NCBI GenBank assembly: GCA_028749105.1
Contig: JAQUQF010000001.1
Location: 1-42,682 of the forward strand
Length of the DNA stretch: 42,682 bases
Source of the DNA: Acidobacteriota bacterium
GTDB lineage: Bacteria > Acidobacteriota > Aminicenantia > UBA2199
Direction: 5' to 3'
Shown here: one piece after another, positions 15,488 to 23,882 of the stretch
How positions within the stretch are numbered: position 1 is the stretch's first letter
Layout of the letters: every line of letters begins with the position of its first letter
Program-made: the position numbers and the translations under genes
The notes under the pieces: model-generated
Database searches by the model: none
What the model saw: only the letters and a program-made list of their open reading frames with translations
What the model was told of the DNA's origin: nothing

Positions 15488-16942
15488 TTATGCTGGCACC
15501 CATTGCCCGTTACGATATACCATCCTCGCGCCGGTCGCCTTATTGACGGCTGTCGAGCCCTCAATAGGCTTCGGTCCCGCGGGCGCTGCGGGCGCCGCCG
15601 GTGCGGCGCTGCCGGCTGGCGGCGGGGCCACTTGCGGCCCGGCTTCCTGGGCTGGCGGCGGTGTGCCGGAAAACTTGCTGCTCATGAATCCCATCATTTG
15701 CTGCATCAAACCCGGCTCAACCGGGGTAACTTCGACATTCGCGGCAGCATTCTGTAGCATTTCCATCAAAGGATTGGGGCTCTTTAGGACCTCCATGGTG
15801 TCGGCGTTCACGATCATGTTGCCCATCTTGACAAAACGATGCGTCTTACCCTGGCCATCGGTAACGGTATATTGCGGCATCTGCTGTTTGTCCTCAAACT
15901 GCTTTGCTTGCTGCTGCAGTTTCAGGGCCGCCTGGTCAAGGCGCTTTTCTCCCAGATCCTTCTGGAGTGCCAGCCGGGCTTGGTCAGCGGCGGCTTTCCT
16001 GGCTGTCTCTTGTTCCCGCGCTCTGGCCTGGGTTTCGGCGGCTTGGACACGCGATTCCCCGGTGGCCTGCGCGGCCGCTACCCGGGCTTCGGCCGGTATG
16101 CGCGCTTTTGCCTCGGCCGTCCGTGCGGCAAACCCGGCAATCCGTTCCTGGGTCTGCCTCTGCCGCTCCGTGGCCTCTTCCTGGCGGCCTTCGCGTAACC
16201 GCCGCTGCTGCTCTTCGTGCGTCATGCCCGCTCCCACCTGGTTGGTGGCGGCGTTCAGCGCGCCCACCGACCGTGCGTATTGGCTCCAGATGTTTTCGCC
16301 TTCCTTGATCTGCCGCTCCCGCTCCGCCATGGTCGCCGGCGCCAGGCGCGACATCGGCATCCCCGTTGAGGTCACCGCCCCGCCAAACCGATCAAATGGC
16401 GCCTGCTGCCCCGGCGCCTGGGCCGGCGCGGCCACGGACGCCGGCGCCATCACGGGCGGCCGCGGCTGCGCGGCGGCGTATTCCTCCATGGCGTTCAATG
16501 TCCCGCGCTGGGCTGGCGTCCCGCGCTGTATCCCAAAGTCCGCCAGCGCCGGTCCGGGCGCCGCCCCGGGCCGCCAAGGCCCAGGTGGCAACTGTCCGTA
16601 ATTCTGCATCTGATTCAGCATCCGGTTTTGCCCAGGCAACCCGGCAGGCAATCCCAGGTCCGTTGGCGCCGGCTGGGCATTCGACCACGGCCCCGGTCCC
16701 CGCCCGACCGCTGCGGGCGCGGCCCCGGCCGCGGCCGCGGCCGCTTGAATGGCCGCCGGCGCCGGCGTGGCCGCGGGGACCGCCCCCCCGCGCGCGCGCT
16801 GCCATTCGGTTGATCCCACCCGCTCCCCAGCGGCGTTGGTGTCCCCGCGCAGATAGTCGCCCAGCACGTTGATCCCCTCCTGATTGTCCATCGGATTTTG
16901 CAATAATTCGCGGCGCCGCCGCATCTCTTCTTCGTAGGTCAT
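15488..16942 (-). CDS. Low-complexity Ala/Pro/Gln-rich coiled-coil protein, 484 aa (putative internal virion/ejection protein)
   Basis: ATG at 16942 preceded by AAGGAGACACC. Long ERQ-rich helix. Its stop lies 3 nt before the giant gene start. Confidence 0.7.
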   Translation of the reverse strand: MTYEEEMRRRRELLQNPMDNQEGINVLGDYLRGDTNAAGERVGSTEWQRARGGAVPAATPAPAAIQAAAAAAGAAPAAVGRGPGPWSNAQPAPTDLGLPAGLPGQNRMLNQMQNYGQLPPGPWRPGAAPGPALADFGIQRGTPAQRGTLNAMEEYAAAQPRPPVMAPASVAAPAQAPGQQAPFDRFGGAVTSTGMPMSRLAPATMAERERQIKEGENIWSQYARSVGALNAATNQVGAGMTHEEQQRRLREGRQEEATERQRQTQERIAGFAARTAEAKARIPAEARVAAAQATGESRVQAAETQARAREQETARKAAADQARLALQKDLGEKRLDQAALKLQQQAKQFEDKQQMPQYTVTDGQGKTHRFVKMGNMIVNADTMEVLKSPNPLMEMLQNAAANVEVTPVEPGLMQQMMGFMSSKFSGTPPPAQEAGPQVAPPPAGSAAPAAPAAPAGPKPIEGSTAVNKATGARMVYRNGQWVPA

Positions 16943-16958
16943 GGTGTCTCCTTTCGAG

Positions 16959-17918
16959 TTATGCGTTGGTAAAGTTCCATTTGAACAAAAAGAAAGAACC
17001 GCCGCTACTGTGCCAATAAGTTGATTGATACTCTACCGGGATCACATCCCAGGCAAAACCAGCGCCAACCTTGGTAAACGGCGACTCGTCATAATACCCC
17101 ACCAGATCAGTTAACACCGATGCGTCAGCGGCTTCCGACCATTCTTGAAACTTCTCAAAACCTGCTCCCGTCAGTCCTAGTTCGGGGTCTATAATCCCAA
17201 CCCCCTGATGGTATAGCCACGCCCATAATTCCTTAGCCGCCGGGCGTCCAGTCCAAATCGAACCGCACCCAAACTTCGCCGCCGTGCGAAACTGCTCGTC
17301 CGCTGCGCCCTGCGTGTAAGCCCAATACCATTCGTTTTCGCCGCCACCACTAATCCAAGGGGCCGCAGCCCACCCCGCGTTATCGGCGCTCCATCGCGTA
17401 GTTGCATCAACCCCTTGCGTCGGAACGCCGCTGCCATAAGCCTTATATCCCATAATCGCGCCGCCAAGGTCTTCCCACTTCTGATAAGCTGGCGTCCACT
17501 TCAACGCCGCCAGGCCCTTCTGTAAATCCTCAAAACACCAGTTTCCGCGCATGTCTCCAGCCCCAATCTTCCCGTAGCTGAACGGATCCCCGGGCTCCAC
17601 CTTGCGCCGGAAACCGTCCGCATGCAGCCCCGCCGCCGCCCGCCAGGTCGCCAGCGTGAACGGCCGGAAACTCTTGCTGTCGGCGGCCAGCGGACCGGAC
17701 ACATGATCCACAAAGTTAACGCAGTTGGTTTCCAGCCAGTCCTGGATCGCCCGCCAAAGCGTCTTGTCCTGCGCGGCCGCGCCGGCCGTCAGCGCCGCCA
17801 CCGCGCTTTGCCTTAGCGCCTGCCGGCGCTCGCTGTAAGCCAGGACGATCTCATTCGCCCCGGCCAGGTCCTGCCCGCCATTGGTCCAATCCGCCGGCGC
17901 TGTAAATGCGGCGCTCAT
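16959..17918 (-). CDS. Trp-rich hypothetical protein, 319 aa (putative virion protein)
   Basis: ATG at 17918. Preceded by a heptad-repeat leader. No recognised motif. Confidence 0.7.
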   Translation of the reverse strand: MSAAFTAPADWTNGGQDLAGANEIVLAYSERRQALRQSAVAALTAGAAAQDKTLWRAIQDWLETNCVNFVDHVSGPLAADSKSFRPFTLATWRAAAGLHADGFRRKVEPGDPFSYGKIGAGDMRGNWCFEDLQKGLAALKWTPAYQKWEDLGGAIMGYKAYGSGVPTQGVDATTRWSADNAGWAAAPWISGGGENEWYWAYTQGAADEQFRTAAKFGCGSIWTGRPAAKELWAWLYHQGVGIIDPELGLTGAGFEKFQEWSEAADASVLTDLVGYYDESPFTKVGAGFAWDVIPVEYQSTYWHSSGGSFFLFKWNFTNA

Positions 17919-17926
17919 TCAATTCC

Positions 17927-17972
17927 CAATCTCCAATCTCAAATTTCTTCCTTCTGCATTCTGCCTTCTGCC
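17927..17972 (-). repeat. Leader micro-repeats: GAGATTG/GAAATTT heptads plus GGCAGAA heptads
   Basis: Plus-strand caatctc caatctc aaatttc (17927-17947) and ttctgcattctgccttctgcc (17952-17972), lying between the stop at 17974 and the start at 17918. Confidence 0.85.
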
Positions 17973-17973
17973 T

Positions 17974-18264
17974 TTATATCCACCTCACCACATCCCAGGT
18001 CGGCTTGAGCTCATCCCCGGCCACTTCCGCGCCGATCGCCCGCAGGTTCCCATCCCCGTCATACGCCCGCAAGAATATCCCGTAATACAACGTCTCCGTC
18101 CCCTCCACATTCAGACCGCCAGCTACCGCGTCGTCAAACCAGTCCGTATCCGCGCGCGGGATCATGTCCCCCGTCTCATCATCAAGCTGATCGCGCAGCC
18201 GCGCCAGCTCTTCGCGCATGGCTTGCAGCTCCGCCGTCTGGTCTTGTATAAAAGCGTCCGCCAT
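17974..18264 (-). CDS. Hypothetical acidic protein, 96 aa
   Basis: ATG at 18264 preceded by AAAAGGGAGAGGGA. Confidence 0.65.
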   Translation of the reverse strand: MADAFIQDQTAELQAMREELARLRDQLDDETGDMIPRADTDWFDDAVAGGLNVEGTETLYYGIFLRAYDGDGNLRAIGAEVAGDELKPTWDVVRWI

Positions 18265-18276
18265 TCCCTCTCCCTT

Positions 18277-18304
18277 TTCTGCATTCTGCCTTCTGCCTTC
18301 TGCC
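18277..18304 (-). repeat. Leader micro-repeat: GGCAGAA x3 + TGCAGAA (same 21-mer as 17952-17972)
   Basis: ttctgcattctgccttctgccttctgcc, lying between the stop at 18310 and the start at 18264. Confidence 0.85.
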
Positions 18305-18309
18305 TTTCT

Positions 18310-20772
18310 TCACATGTCCGTCGTTTCCGCGGTGGTCAGCGCCCAGGAGCCCACGCTGTAAATCTTGTATCGGGTGGCCGTGTAATAGGAGCCTGTCTTG
18401 GCCACGGTGGAATTGTTCCGGCAGTCGGAGATATACTCTTCGGCTTTGTCCCGGCTGGTGGTCATCCGGATCATTTTCTCCAGCGTTATGTCCCGCCAAT
18501 ACGTATAATCGTTTTTGTATTGCCGGTGGCGGACGTAATACGGCCCGTAGGTTCCGATTGTCGTCCCGCCGCTGCTGGTGGCGCGGTAGGGGGACTTGTT
18601 GATGTCATAGTCGTAAAGCCCAAACCTGTTGCGGCGTTCCAGGACCGTGTTGTCCGTCGCGGCCGAGAGCGCCGCGGCCGCCAATACCGCCGCGAATTGC
18701 GCCGCGGAACAGTTGCGCCCATGCCAGTAATAGACCGTGCCGTAGCGCGTGAGGTAGCTGCTGTTCCATTGCTGGGTTTTCGGGGTGGTAACTTCTTCGA
18801 CCGTCCGCACCTTGCCGCTTTCGGTGGGCTGGGCCTCAACGCGCTTGGCCGTATTCGCCGCCGGTGTGCCCGAGGGCGTGGTGGCGTTTTCCGTGTGCAG
18901 GACCCGCGTTACCTGCTCGCTGGCGTCTTCCGCCGTGCTGGTGGCCGTCTGGTCTTTGACCGTTACGGTTTCTTCCACGCTCCGTAGTCGCCCGGATTCC
19001 GTCGGCGCCAGGTCCAGGCGCTTGATCTCACCGACCGCCGCGGTGGGCGGGGTCGGCGTGGACGGGTTCTCGGTGTGGAGGACGCGCTCTACCCGCCGGG
19101 CGGCGTTGTCTTCGCCCATGGTCGCGGACTGGTCGTTGACCTGGATGACTTCGTTTTCCGTCCGCACCCTGCCTGCTTCGGTGGGTGTGTTCCGGGCGCG
19201 ATAGATCTTCCCTGCCGGCGGCGATCCCGGCGTTACCGCCACGGCCGCCTGGGTGTGCAGCTCCGTCGTGCCCGTCCGGGCGGCGCTCTTTTCATGACTG
19301 GTCGCGCTCTGGTCCTGGACGGTTACCACTTCCTCCACCGTCCGGGTCCGGCCGGCTTCGGTCGGCTGGTTCTCGTTGCGCTTGATCTTCCCGGCTTCCT
19401 GCACTGGCGCGCCCAAAGGGGCGGCGTTCTCGGTATGCAGGTTCCGCTCCGTCTGGGCCGCGGCGCTGGTTTCCCGGCTGGTGGACGTCTGGTCCTGGAC
19501 GGTTACCACTTCCTCCACCGTCCGCGTCTTGCCGGATTCGGTGGGCTGGTTCTCGTTGCGCTTGATCTTCCCCGCTTCCTGCTCCGGCGTGCCCAGGGCG
19601 GCGGCGTTCTCAGTATGCAGGGCCCGGGTGGTCTTCCTGGCGGCGCTGGTCTCCGCGCTGGTCCGGGTCTGGTCCTTGACGGTTATGGTTTCTTCCACGC
19701 TCCGCATGCGCCCGGCCTCGGTGGGGAGTAGTTCCACCCGCTTGATCTCTCCTGCGGCCGCGGCCGGGTCAGCCACGGCGGCGGCGTTCTCGGTGTGGAG
19801 GACCTTCACGGCGGATTTCGAGGCGCTATCTTCCCGGCTGGTGGACGTCTGGTCCTGGACGGTTACCACTTCCTCCACCGTCCGCGTCTTGCCCGATTCC
19901 GTGGCTTGGTTGTCGTTGCGCTTGATCTTCCCCGCTTCCTGCTCCGGCGCGCCCAGGGGGGCGGCGTTTTCGGTGTGGCTGGCTCTTTCCGTCTTCCTGG
20001 CGGCGCTGGTCTCCGCGCTGGTCCGGGTCTGGTCCTTGACGGTCCGCTTTTGGGTCTGGATGTCCTGTGTGCAATCCTCATTCTTCGTCCGATCCAGATT
20101 CCGGATCTCGCCCGCTGGCACATCTTCAAGATCCAGCAGCGTTACGGCGGCGCCGGTATCGGTCTTGTCGCCTTCATATACCCCGTGGTGTTTGGTGGTC
20201 AGATCGGAGGCGGCGGCGCTTTCCTGGCTGCGGTGTTCGGCGATCACCTGATAAAGCCGGGTCCGCTTCTCGATAAACGTGGTGTAAGTCCCGCGCTCCG
20301 GGTCAACATTGAGCGGGCCCATCCGGTAGGAAATTCCGCTGCTGTTCGCCGGCACGGTGGGTAGTGTGCGCAATCCGAAATACCATGTCACCTCCACGCG
20401 GTATCGGCAGCCTTTCTCGGTAATGACGTCGGCAATGGTCTTGTCTCCGCACCATAACGCCTGCCAGATCCGGAGCGTCCCGCGCAGTTGGGCCTCGTTC
20501 TTGACCTCTTCATACCAGATCCGGCCGCCATACCAGGTGCCCGTCCGGGCCCATTGCGTTCCCGCCATGGGGTTTGTAACGGAAGTTGAGGCGGTGGCGT
20601 TGGCGGCGCTGGTGTAGGTCTGCAGGTAGAGGACCAGGGCGTCAAGGTCTTCCCGGTTGACGCCATCCAGGTAGCGTTCAATCAGGTTGTCCCCAAACCC
20701 GCGGTTCTGCTGGCCCTCGTTGACCTTCCACAGCCGTTCGGCCAGCAGTTCTCTGATGGTGGCGGTTTCCAC
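18310..20772 (-). CDS. 820-aa putative virion protein with 7-8 tandem 60-residue repeats
   Basis: GTG start at 20772. Repeat unit G(K/E)IKRN.NQ.TE(S/A)G(K/R)TRTVEEVVTVQDQT.TS.E.SAA....R.LHTENAA. Confidence 0.8.
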   Translation of the reverse strand: METATIRELLAERLWKVNEGQQNRGFGDNLIERYLDGVNREDLDALVLYLQTYTSAANATASTSVTNPMAGTQWARTGTWYGGRIWYEEVKNEAQLRGTLRIWQALWCGDKTIADVITEKGCRYRVEVTWYFGLRTLPTVPANSSGISYRMGPLNVDPERGTYTTFIEKRTRLYQVIAEHRSQESAAASDLTTKHHGVYEGDKTDTGAAVTLLDLEDVPAGEIRNLDRTKNEDCTQDIQTQKRTVKDQTRTSAETSAARKTERASHTENAAPLGAPEQEAGKIKRNDNQATESGKTRTVEEVVTVQDQTSTSREDSASKSAVKVLHTENAAAVADPAAAAGEIKRVELLPTEAGRMRSVEETITVKDQTRTSAETSAARKTTRALHTENAAALGTPEQEAGKIKRNENQPTESGKTRTVEEVVTVQDQTSTSRETSAAAQTERNLHTENAAPLGAPVQEAGKIKRNENQPTEAGRTRTVEEVVTVQDQSATSHEKSAARTGTTELHTQAAVAVTPGSPPAGKIYRARNTPTEAGRVRTENEVIQVNDQSATMGEDNAARRVERVLHTENPSTPTPPTAAVGEIKRLDLAPTESGRLRSVEETVTVKDQTATSTAEDASEQVTRVLHTENATTPSGTPAANTAKRVEAQPTESGKVRTVEEVTTPKTQQWNSSYLTRYGTVYYWHGRNCSAAQFAAVLAAAALSAATDNTVLERRNRFGLYDYDINKSPYRATSSGGTTIGTYGPYYVRHRQYKNDYTYWRDITLEKMIRMTTSRDKAEEYISDCRNNSTVAKTGSYYTATRYKIYSVGSWALTTAETTDM
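18780..20113 (-). repeat. 180-nt (60-aa) coding tandem repeats, about 7.5 diverged copies
   Basis: Periodicity read from the translation of 18310..20772. Copies are about 50-85% identical at the protein level by eye. Confidence 0.8.
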
Positions 20773-20796
20773 AGCGCGCTGATGCCCTCCCCTGGT

Positions 20797-20976
20797 CTAT
20801 TTTGCCGGCGCCGGCTTGCGGGCGGACTCGATATACCGCCAAACCGCCGCGCCAATGATCAGGAGCGCGCCCACCACGCTCTCCAGCTCGCCCTCCGTGA
20901 TCTTGCCGTTGGCCACCAACCCGCCGCCGACAATCAGTAGGATCTGCCGCGCCACCATGACGATTTTCTCATACAT
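20797..20976 (-). CDS. Small two-TM holin-like/lysis-regulator protein, 59 aa
   Basis: ATG at 20976 preceded by AAAGGAGGGCAAGAAAC. MYEKIVMVARQILLIVGGGLVANG...VVGALLIIGAAVWRYI. Overlaps the stop of the 3TM holin gene by 8 nt. Confidence 0.55.
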   Translation of the reverse strand: MYEKIVMVARQILLIVGGGLVANGKITEGELESVVGALLIIGAAVWRYIESARKPAPAK

Positions 20977-21364
20977 GTTTCTTGCCCTCCTTTTCTTGCT
21001 GTTGCTGCGTTCCAAACTTGAACATCAAGGCCACAAACTCCAGGATCTTGCCGTCCAGCTTGTAGCCCAGGAGCCCCATCACCAGGAGCGTGAAGAGGAC
21101 GTAGTCCGCGGAGGCGTCAAAGGCCGTGCCTAATACCGATTTCACCAGTAACCCGGCGGCGATCAGCAGCATGACGATTGCCCGCCAGTTGCCGGCCAGC
21201 CAATACCGGCCGCCGAGTTCAGCCTGGATCACATCCGCAAAGCGGAGCGTGATCTCCGCGGCGGCCTTGTCGGCTTCGGCTTTATCTCCGAATATGCCGC
21301 GCAGGATGTCCCGCGTGGTCTCGAACATCTTGCCTATCCCCGGTAATCCGTCCAGCCAGCTCAT
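20969..21364 (-). CDS. Holin, 3-TM gene-transfer-agent type (GTA_holin_3TM-like), 131 aa
   Basis: N-terminal GIFGDKAEADKAAAEITL...WLAGNWRAIVMLLIAAGLL resembles that family's signature. Hydrophobic helices follow. ATGA overlap with the upstream gene. Confidence 0.6.
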   Translation of the reverse strand: MSWLDGLPGIGKMFETTRDILRGIFGDKAEADKAAAEITLRFADVIQAELGGRYWLAGNWRAIVMLLIAAGLLVKSVLGTAFDASADYVLFTLLVMGLLGYKLDGKILEFVALMFKFGTQQQQEKEGKKHV

Positions 21365-22212
21365 CCCAGCCCCCGGGTTCCCGTGCCGCGCAAATATACG
21401 CGCTGCGCGTCCAGCGTTTTCCCGTCCGGCGCCAGGTTGTATTCATGCCAGATCAGCCGACCGCGCGGGATGCGCGTCATGATGATTTCGCATTCCTGTT
21501 TCAAGCCTGCCACGCCGCGGCGATCGCCTTCCGCGGGATGCCAGGAGTTTTCCACCAGCACGAATTCCAAGTTGAGCGGCGTGGTCTGGTAACTCGTCCA
21601 CCGGTAGGCCGAGAATTCGCTGCCGCCGTTCCATTGTAAATGAGTGCCCACCTCCTTGACGCCCGGGAAGGCTTCGCGCACCGCGTCCAAACAGCGCGTG
21701 AGCTGCTCCATGCTGCGGACGCCTTCATTGCTCTCGATGGAGAGCGCGGCGGCGCTGAAAAGCTTCCCTATCCGCTTATCCAGTTGACGCCAGCCGGCTA
21801 TATGCGGGCCTATATCCCACCAACGCGGCGTGGCGTCGTCGGTGTAGAGGGTCGCTATCGCGGCAATGCCGTCGCGCGCCAGGTCTTGCAGGGCCGCCTC
21901 GGCCGCCTCCACCGCCGCGTCGTTCAGCTCATCCGGAAAGCGCAGGAAGAGGTTGCCGCCGGGCCCGTTGGGCGTCAGGAGAAAGGCGATCGCCGGCGTT
22001 TCGTCCGCATGCGTCCGGTCTTTCACCCAGGAGCGCACCCGCTGTTGTTCGGCGGCGGACATGGCCAGGTAATCCCAGGTGGACCGGATTTTGCCGTTGG
22101 CATCGCGCCAGAAGAGCGGACAGCACACGCTCTCCCCCAGCACCACCGCGCGGGTTGTGTCGCCAAAGATCCGGCGGATCAACTCCACAATCCATTCCAG
22201 TATTCCGCTCAT
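21361..22212 (-). CDS. Hypothetical 283-aa protein; candidate endolysin (alternating beta/alpha pattern, possible TIM-barrel glycosidase)
   Basis: ATG at 22212 preceded by GGAGTAGGAGGGCAGGC. Translationally coupled to the holin gene. Candidate acidic motifs LSIESNEG, VLVENSW and IWHEYN. The function is inferred from position only. Confidence 0.7.
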   Translation of the reverse strand: MSGILEWIVELIRRIFGDTTRAVVLGESVCCPLFWRDANGKIRSTWDYLAMSAAEQQRVRSWVKDRTHADETPAIAFLLTPNGPGGNLFLRFPDELNDAAVEAAEAALQDLARDGIAAIATLYTDDATPRWWDIGPHIAGWRQLDKRIGKLFSAAALSIESNEGVRSMEQLTRCLDAVREAFPGVKEVGTHLQWNGGSEFSAYRWTSYQTTPLNLEFVLVENSWHPAEGDRRGVAGLKQECEIIMTRIPRGRLIWHEYNLAPDGKTLDAQRVYLRGTGTRGLG

Positions 22213-22373
22213 GCCTGCCCTCCTACTCCGCCGCTTCCGGCTGACTAGCCAGCCGCGTTACCTCCTCGGTTGACGGCGTGTGCCGCGATTGCCCAGCCCC
22301 CGGCCCGACCCGTCCCTGCGCCTGCGGCCACCACACGCTCCGCGCCCGCCCCGACCTGCATTGCCTCTGCCCC

Positions 22374-22610
22374 TCATGTCGCCCCCCTTTCGGTTTGTGT
22401 TTCGGTTCCGTCGTCCACTCTGTCAACCTGCGGGCATCCGTTCTCCGCCCGCACGAACCCCATACGCTCCGACAACTCCCGCAACCGTCGCCGCTCGGTG
22501 GTCATCTCGCGCAGGCGCTGCGGCAACTGGTCAAGCACCCGCTCGGCCTCGTCAGCAATGCGCCGGTCGGTGCATTCCGGGCAGTAATGCGTTTGGGGTA
22601 GCATGGTCAT
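22374..22610 (-). CDS. Hypothetical 78-aa protein with a CPEC knuckle
   Basis: ATG at 22610 in an ATGA overlap with 22607..22837. Confidence 0.5.
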   Translation of the reverse strand: MTMLPQTHYCPECTDRRIADEAERVLDQLPQRLREMTTERRRLRELSERMGFVRAENGCPQVDRVDDGTETQTERGAT

Positions 22611-22837
22611 TGGTGCCCCCGCTCCATCAGCCGCTTGACGTCCTGCTTGGTCTCGGCCACGTCGCGGCGGATGTAGGACATCTCGACGATTGCCTGCTCC
22701 ACAACGCGGATACGCGTCTCCTGCTCGTCATTGCGCCGGAACTCTCGGCAGACGGTGAACCCGCCTATCGCCATGACCAGACCCAGCGCCCCTTGGACCG
22801 CCCATATCACCACTCCGCTTGCTCCATTGAGCGCCAT
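22607..22837 (-). CDS. N-terminal TM + coiled-coil protein, 76 aa (i-spanin-like or antiholin-like topology)
   Basis: ATG at 22837, 5 nt after the stop of the upstream gene (the track start at 22861 is TTG). GVVIWAVQGALGLVMAIGGFTV is followed by a charged helix. Confidence 0.55.
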   Translation of the reverse strand: MALNGASGVVIWAVQGALGLVMAIGGFTVCREFRRNDEQETRIRVVEQAIVEMSYIRRDVAETKQDVKRLMERGHQ

Positions 22838-22841
22838 AGAG

Positions 22842-23147
22842 CTACCCGCCTTTTCTACCAAGTGTTTCGGTGGCCACTACGGCCACCACCGCAACGATGA
22901 GAACAATCTTACCGACCGCCGCCGACCAAGGTTCAGCGTATGCTATCTCACCAAGCATACCATCCCTCATCCCCCAAAAACTGCAGGTCTGTCTGCTCGC
23001 CACCACCGTCTGCCCCAAAGCCCACAGCAGCAAAGACCATACGCTAATACGCCAAGTGAGATGCGGCCTGTCAAACCACACCCCGGCGGCAACAGCCAAG
23101 CCGCACCAAGATAGAGAAATAAGTCCTATTGCTGCAATTTCCACCAA
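22842..23147 (-). CDS. Membrane protein, about 3 TM, 101 aa; start uncertain (TTG)
   Basis: Hydrophobic segments IAAIGLISLSWCGLAVAAGVW, ISVWSLLLWALGQTVV and KIVLIVAVVAVVA. Lower GC than the surroundings. Confidence 0.45.
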   Translation of the reverse strand: MVEIAAIGLISLSWCGLAVAAGVWFDRPHLTWRISVWSLLLWALGQTVVASRQTCSFWGMRDGMLGEIAYAEPWSAAVGKIVLIVAVVAVVATETLGRKGG

Positions 23148-23740
23148 ATGTCATCCTCGACTTCAAAGCTTTTGAACATCTGCCGCACCGCCTGCACAAC
23201 CCCCGCGTGGCACGGCAGCGTTGAGAAGTCATGGCCGCAAATCATCCCGCCGCGCTTGATGAGGCGCTTGGCCTGCCGGATGTCGTGCAGCACGGTCTCG
23301 TAGTCGTGCCCGCCGTCAATGAAAATGAAGTCAAACTGCCGCGCCATCAGCATCGGCAGCACCACGTCCGACCGCCCGCGCATGGGCACAACGACGTTTG
23401 CCAGCCCCGCCCGGCTGACCAGCCGCCAGAACACGCGGAAGATGTCCCGGTGCGCTGACGCCGCCGCGTTATGGTCGTCGCCTTCCCCGCGCCACCAGTC
23501 AACGCACACCAGCCGCCCGTGCCCACGCACCACCGCGCCCAGGATGACCGTGGAGCAGCCGCACCACGACCCGATTTCAAGCGCGTTGAAGGTCTTTTTG
23601 CCGGCCACCGCACCCTCGGCCAGTTGCCGCAGAGTAACGGCCTGCGTTCCCCACATCTGCGCGGGCTGGATGTAGAACGGGGCCGCCAGCCGCAGTAGGC
23701 ACGGCCGATTGCGGACAAATGTTTTCACCTTACGCCACAT
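23126..23740 (-). CDS. Class I SAM-dependent methyltransferase (Methyltransf_24/CmcI-like), 204 aa
   Basis: Motif I ALEIGSWCGCST, post-I VCVDWW, and FDFIFIDGGHDYETVLHDIRQAKRLIKRGGMICGHDF. Confidence 0.8.
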   Translation of the reverse strand: MWRKVKTFVRNRPCLLRLAAPFYIQPAQMWGTQAVTLRQLAEGAVAGKKTFNALEIGSWCGCSTVILGAVVRGHGRLVCVDWWRGEGDDHNAAASAHRDIFRVFWRLVSRAGLANVVVPMRGRSDVVLPMLMARQFDFIFIDGGHDYETVLHDIRQAKRLIKRGGMICGHDFSTLPCHAGVVQAVRQMFKSFEVEDDIWWKLQQ

Positions 23741-23882
23741 TACGCCCCCCTAGTCCCACCGCAACCAATATCATCCACGCCCCCGCAGCCGCGCCCCACG
23801 CCAACAGCAGCGGCAGGGCCAGCGCCAGCACGGTTGCAGCCAGCAGGGCGCGGTAGAGGCGTTGGAAGGGGGTTTCGGTCAT
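23730..23882 (-). CDS. Small two-TM peptide, 50 aa
   Basis: ATG at 23882 in an ATGA overlap with the stop of 23879..24136. MTETPFQRLYRALLAATVLALALPLLLAWGAAAGAWMILVAVGLGG. Confidence 0.5.
   Translation of the reverse strand: MTETPFQRLYRALLAATVLALALPLLLAWGAAAGAWMILVAVGLGGRNVA

Noticed and set aside
15483-16601. Long plus-strand ORFs throughout the window, including 15483..16601, 17881..18987, 26089..27150, 27335..28363, 29349..30653, 32064..33386, 35216..36316 and 39348..40436
   Set aside because: All lie antisense to minus-strand genes that have recognisable motifs or coupled start/stop junctions. Their products are Arg/Pro/Gly/Ala-rich nonsense, which is typical of shadow ORFs in high-GC DNA. 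None has a convincing ribosome-binding site.
22213-22373. Search for an o-spanin lipoprotein or other small gene in the 161-nt GC-rich gap of the lysis cassette
   Set aside because: The only ATG ORF (38 codons, MQVGAGAERVV...) has no lipobox Cys and no clear signal peptide. ORF 22223..22426 is Arg/Gly-rich and overlaps the upstream gene. The gap is left unannotated.
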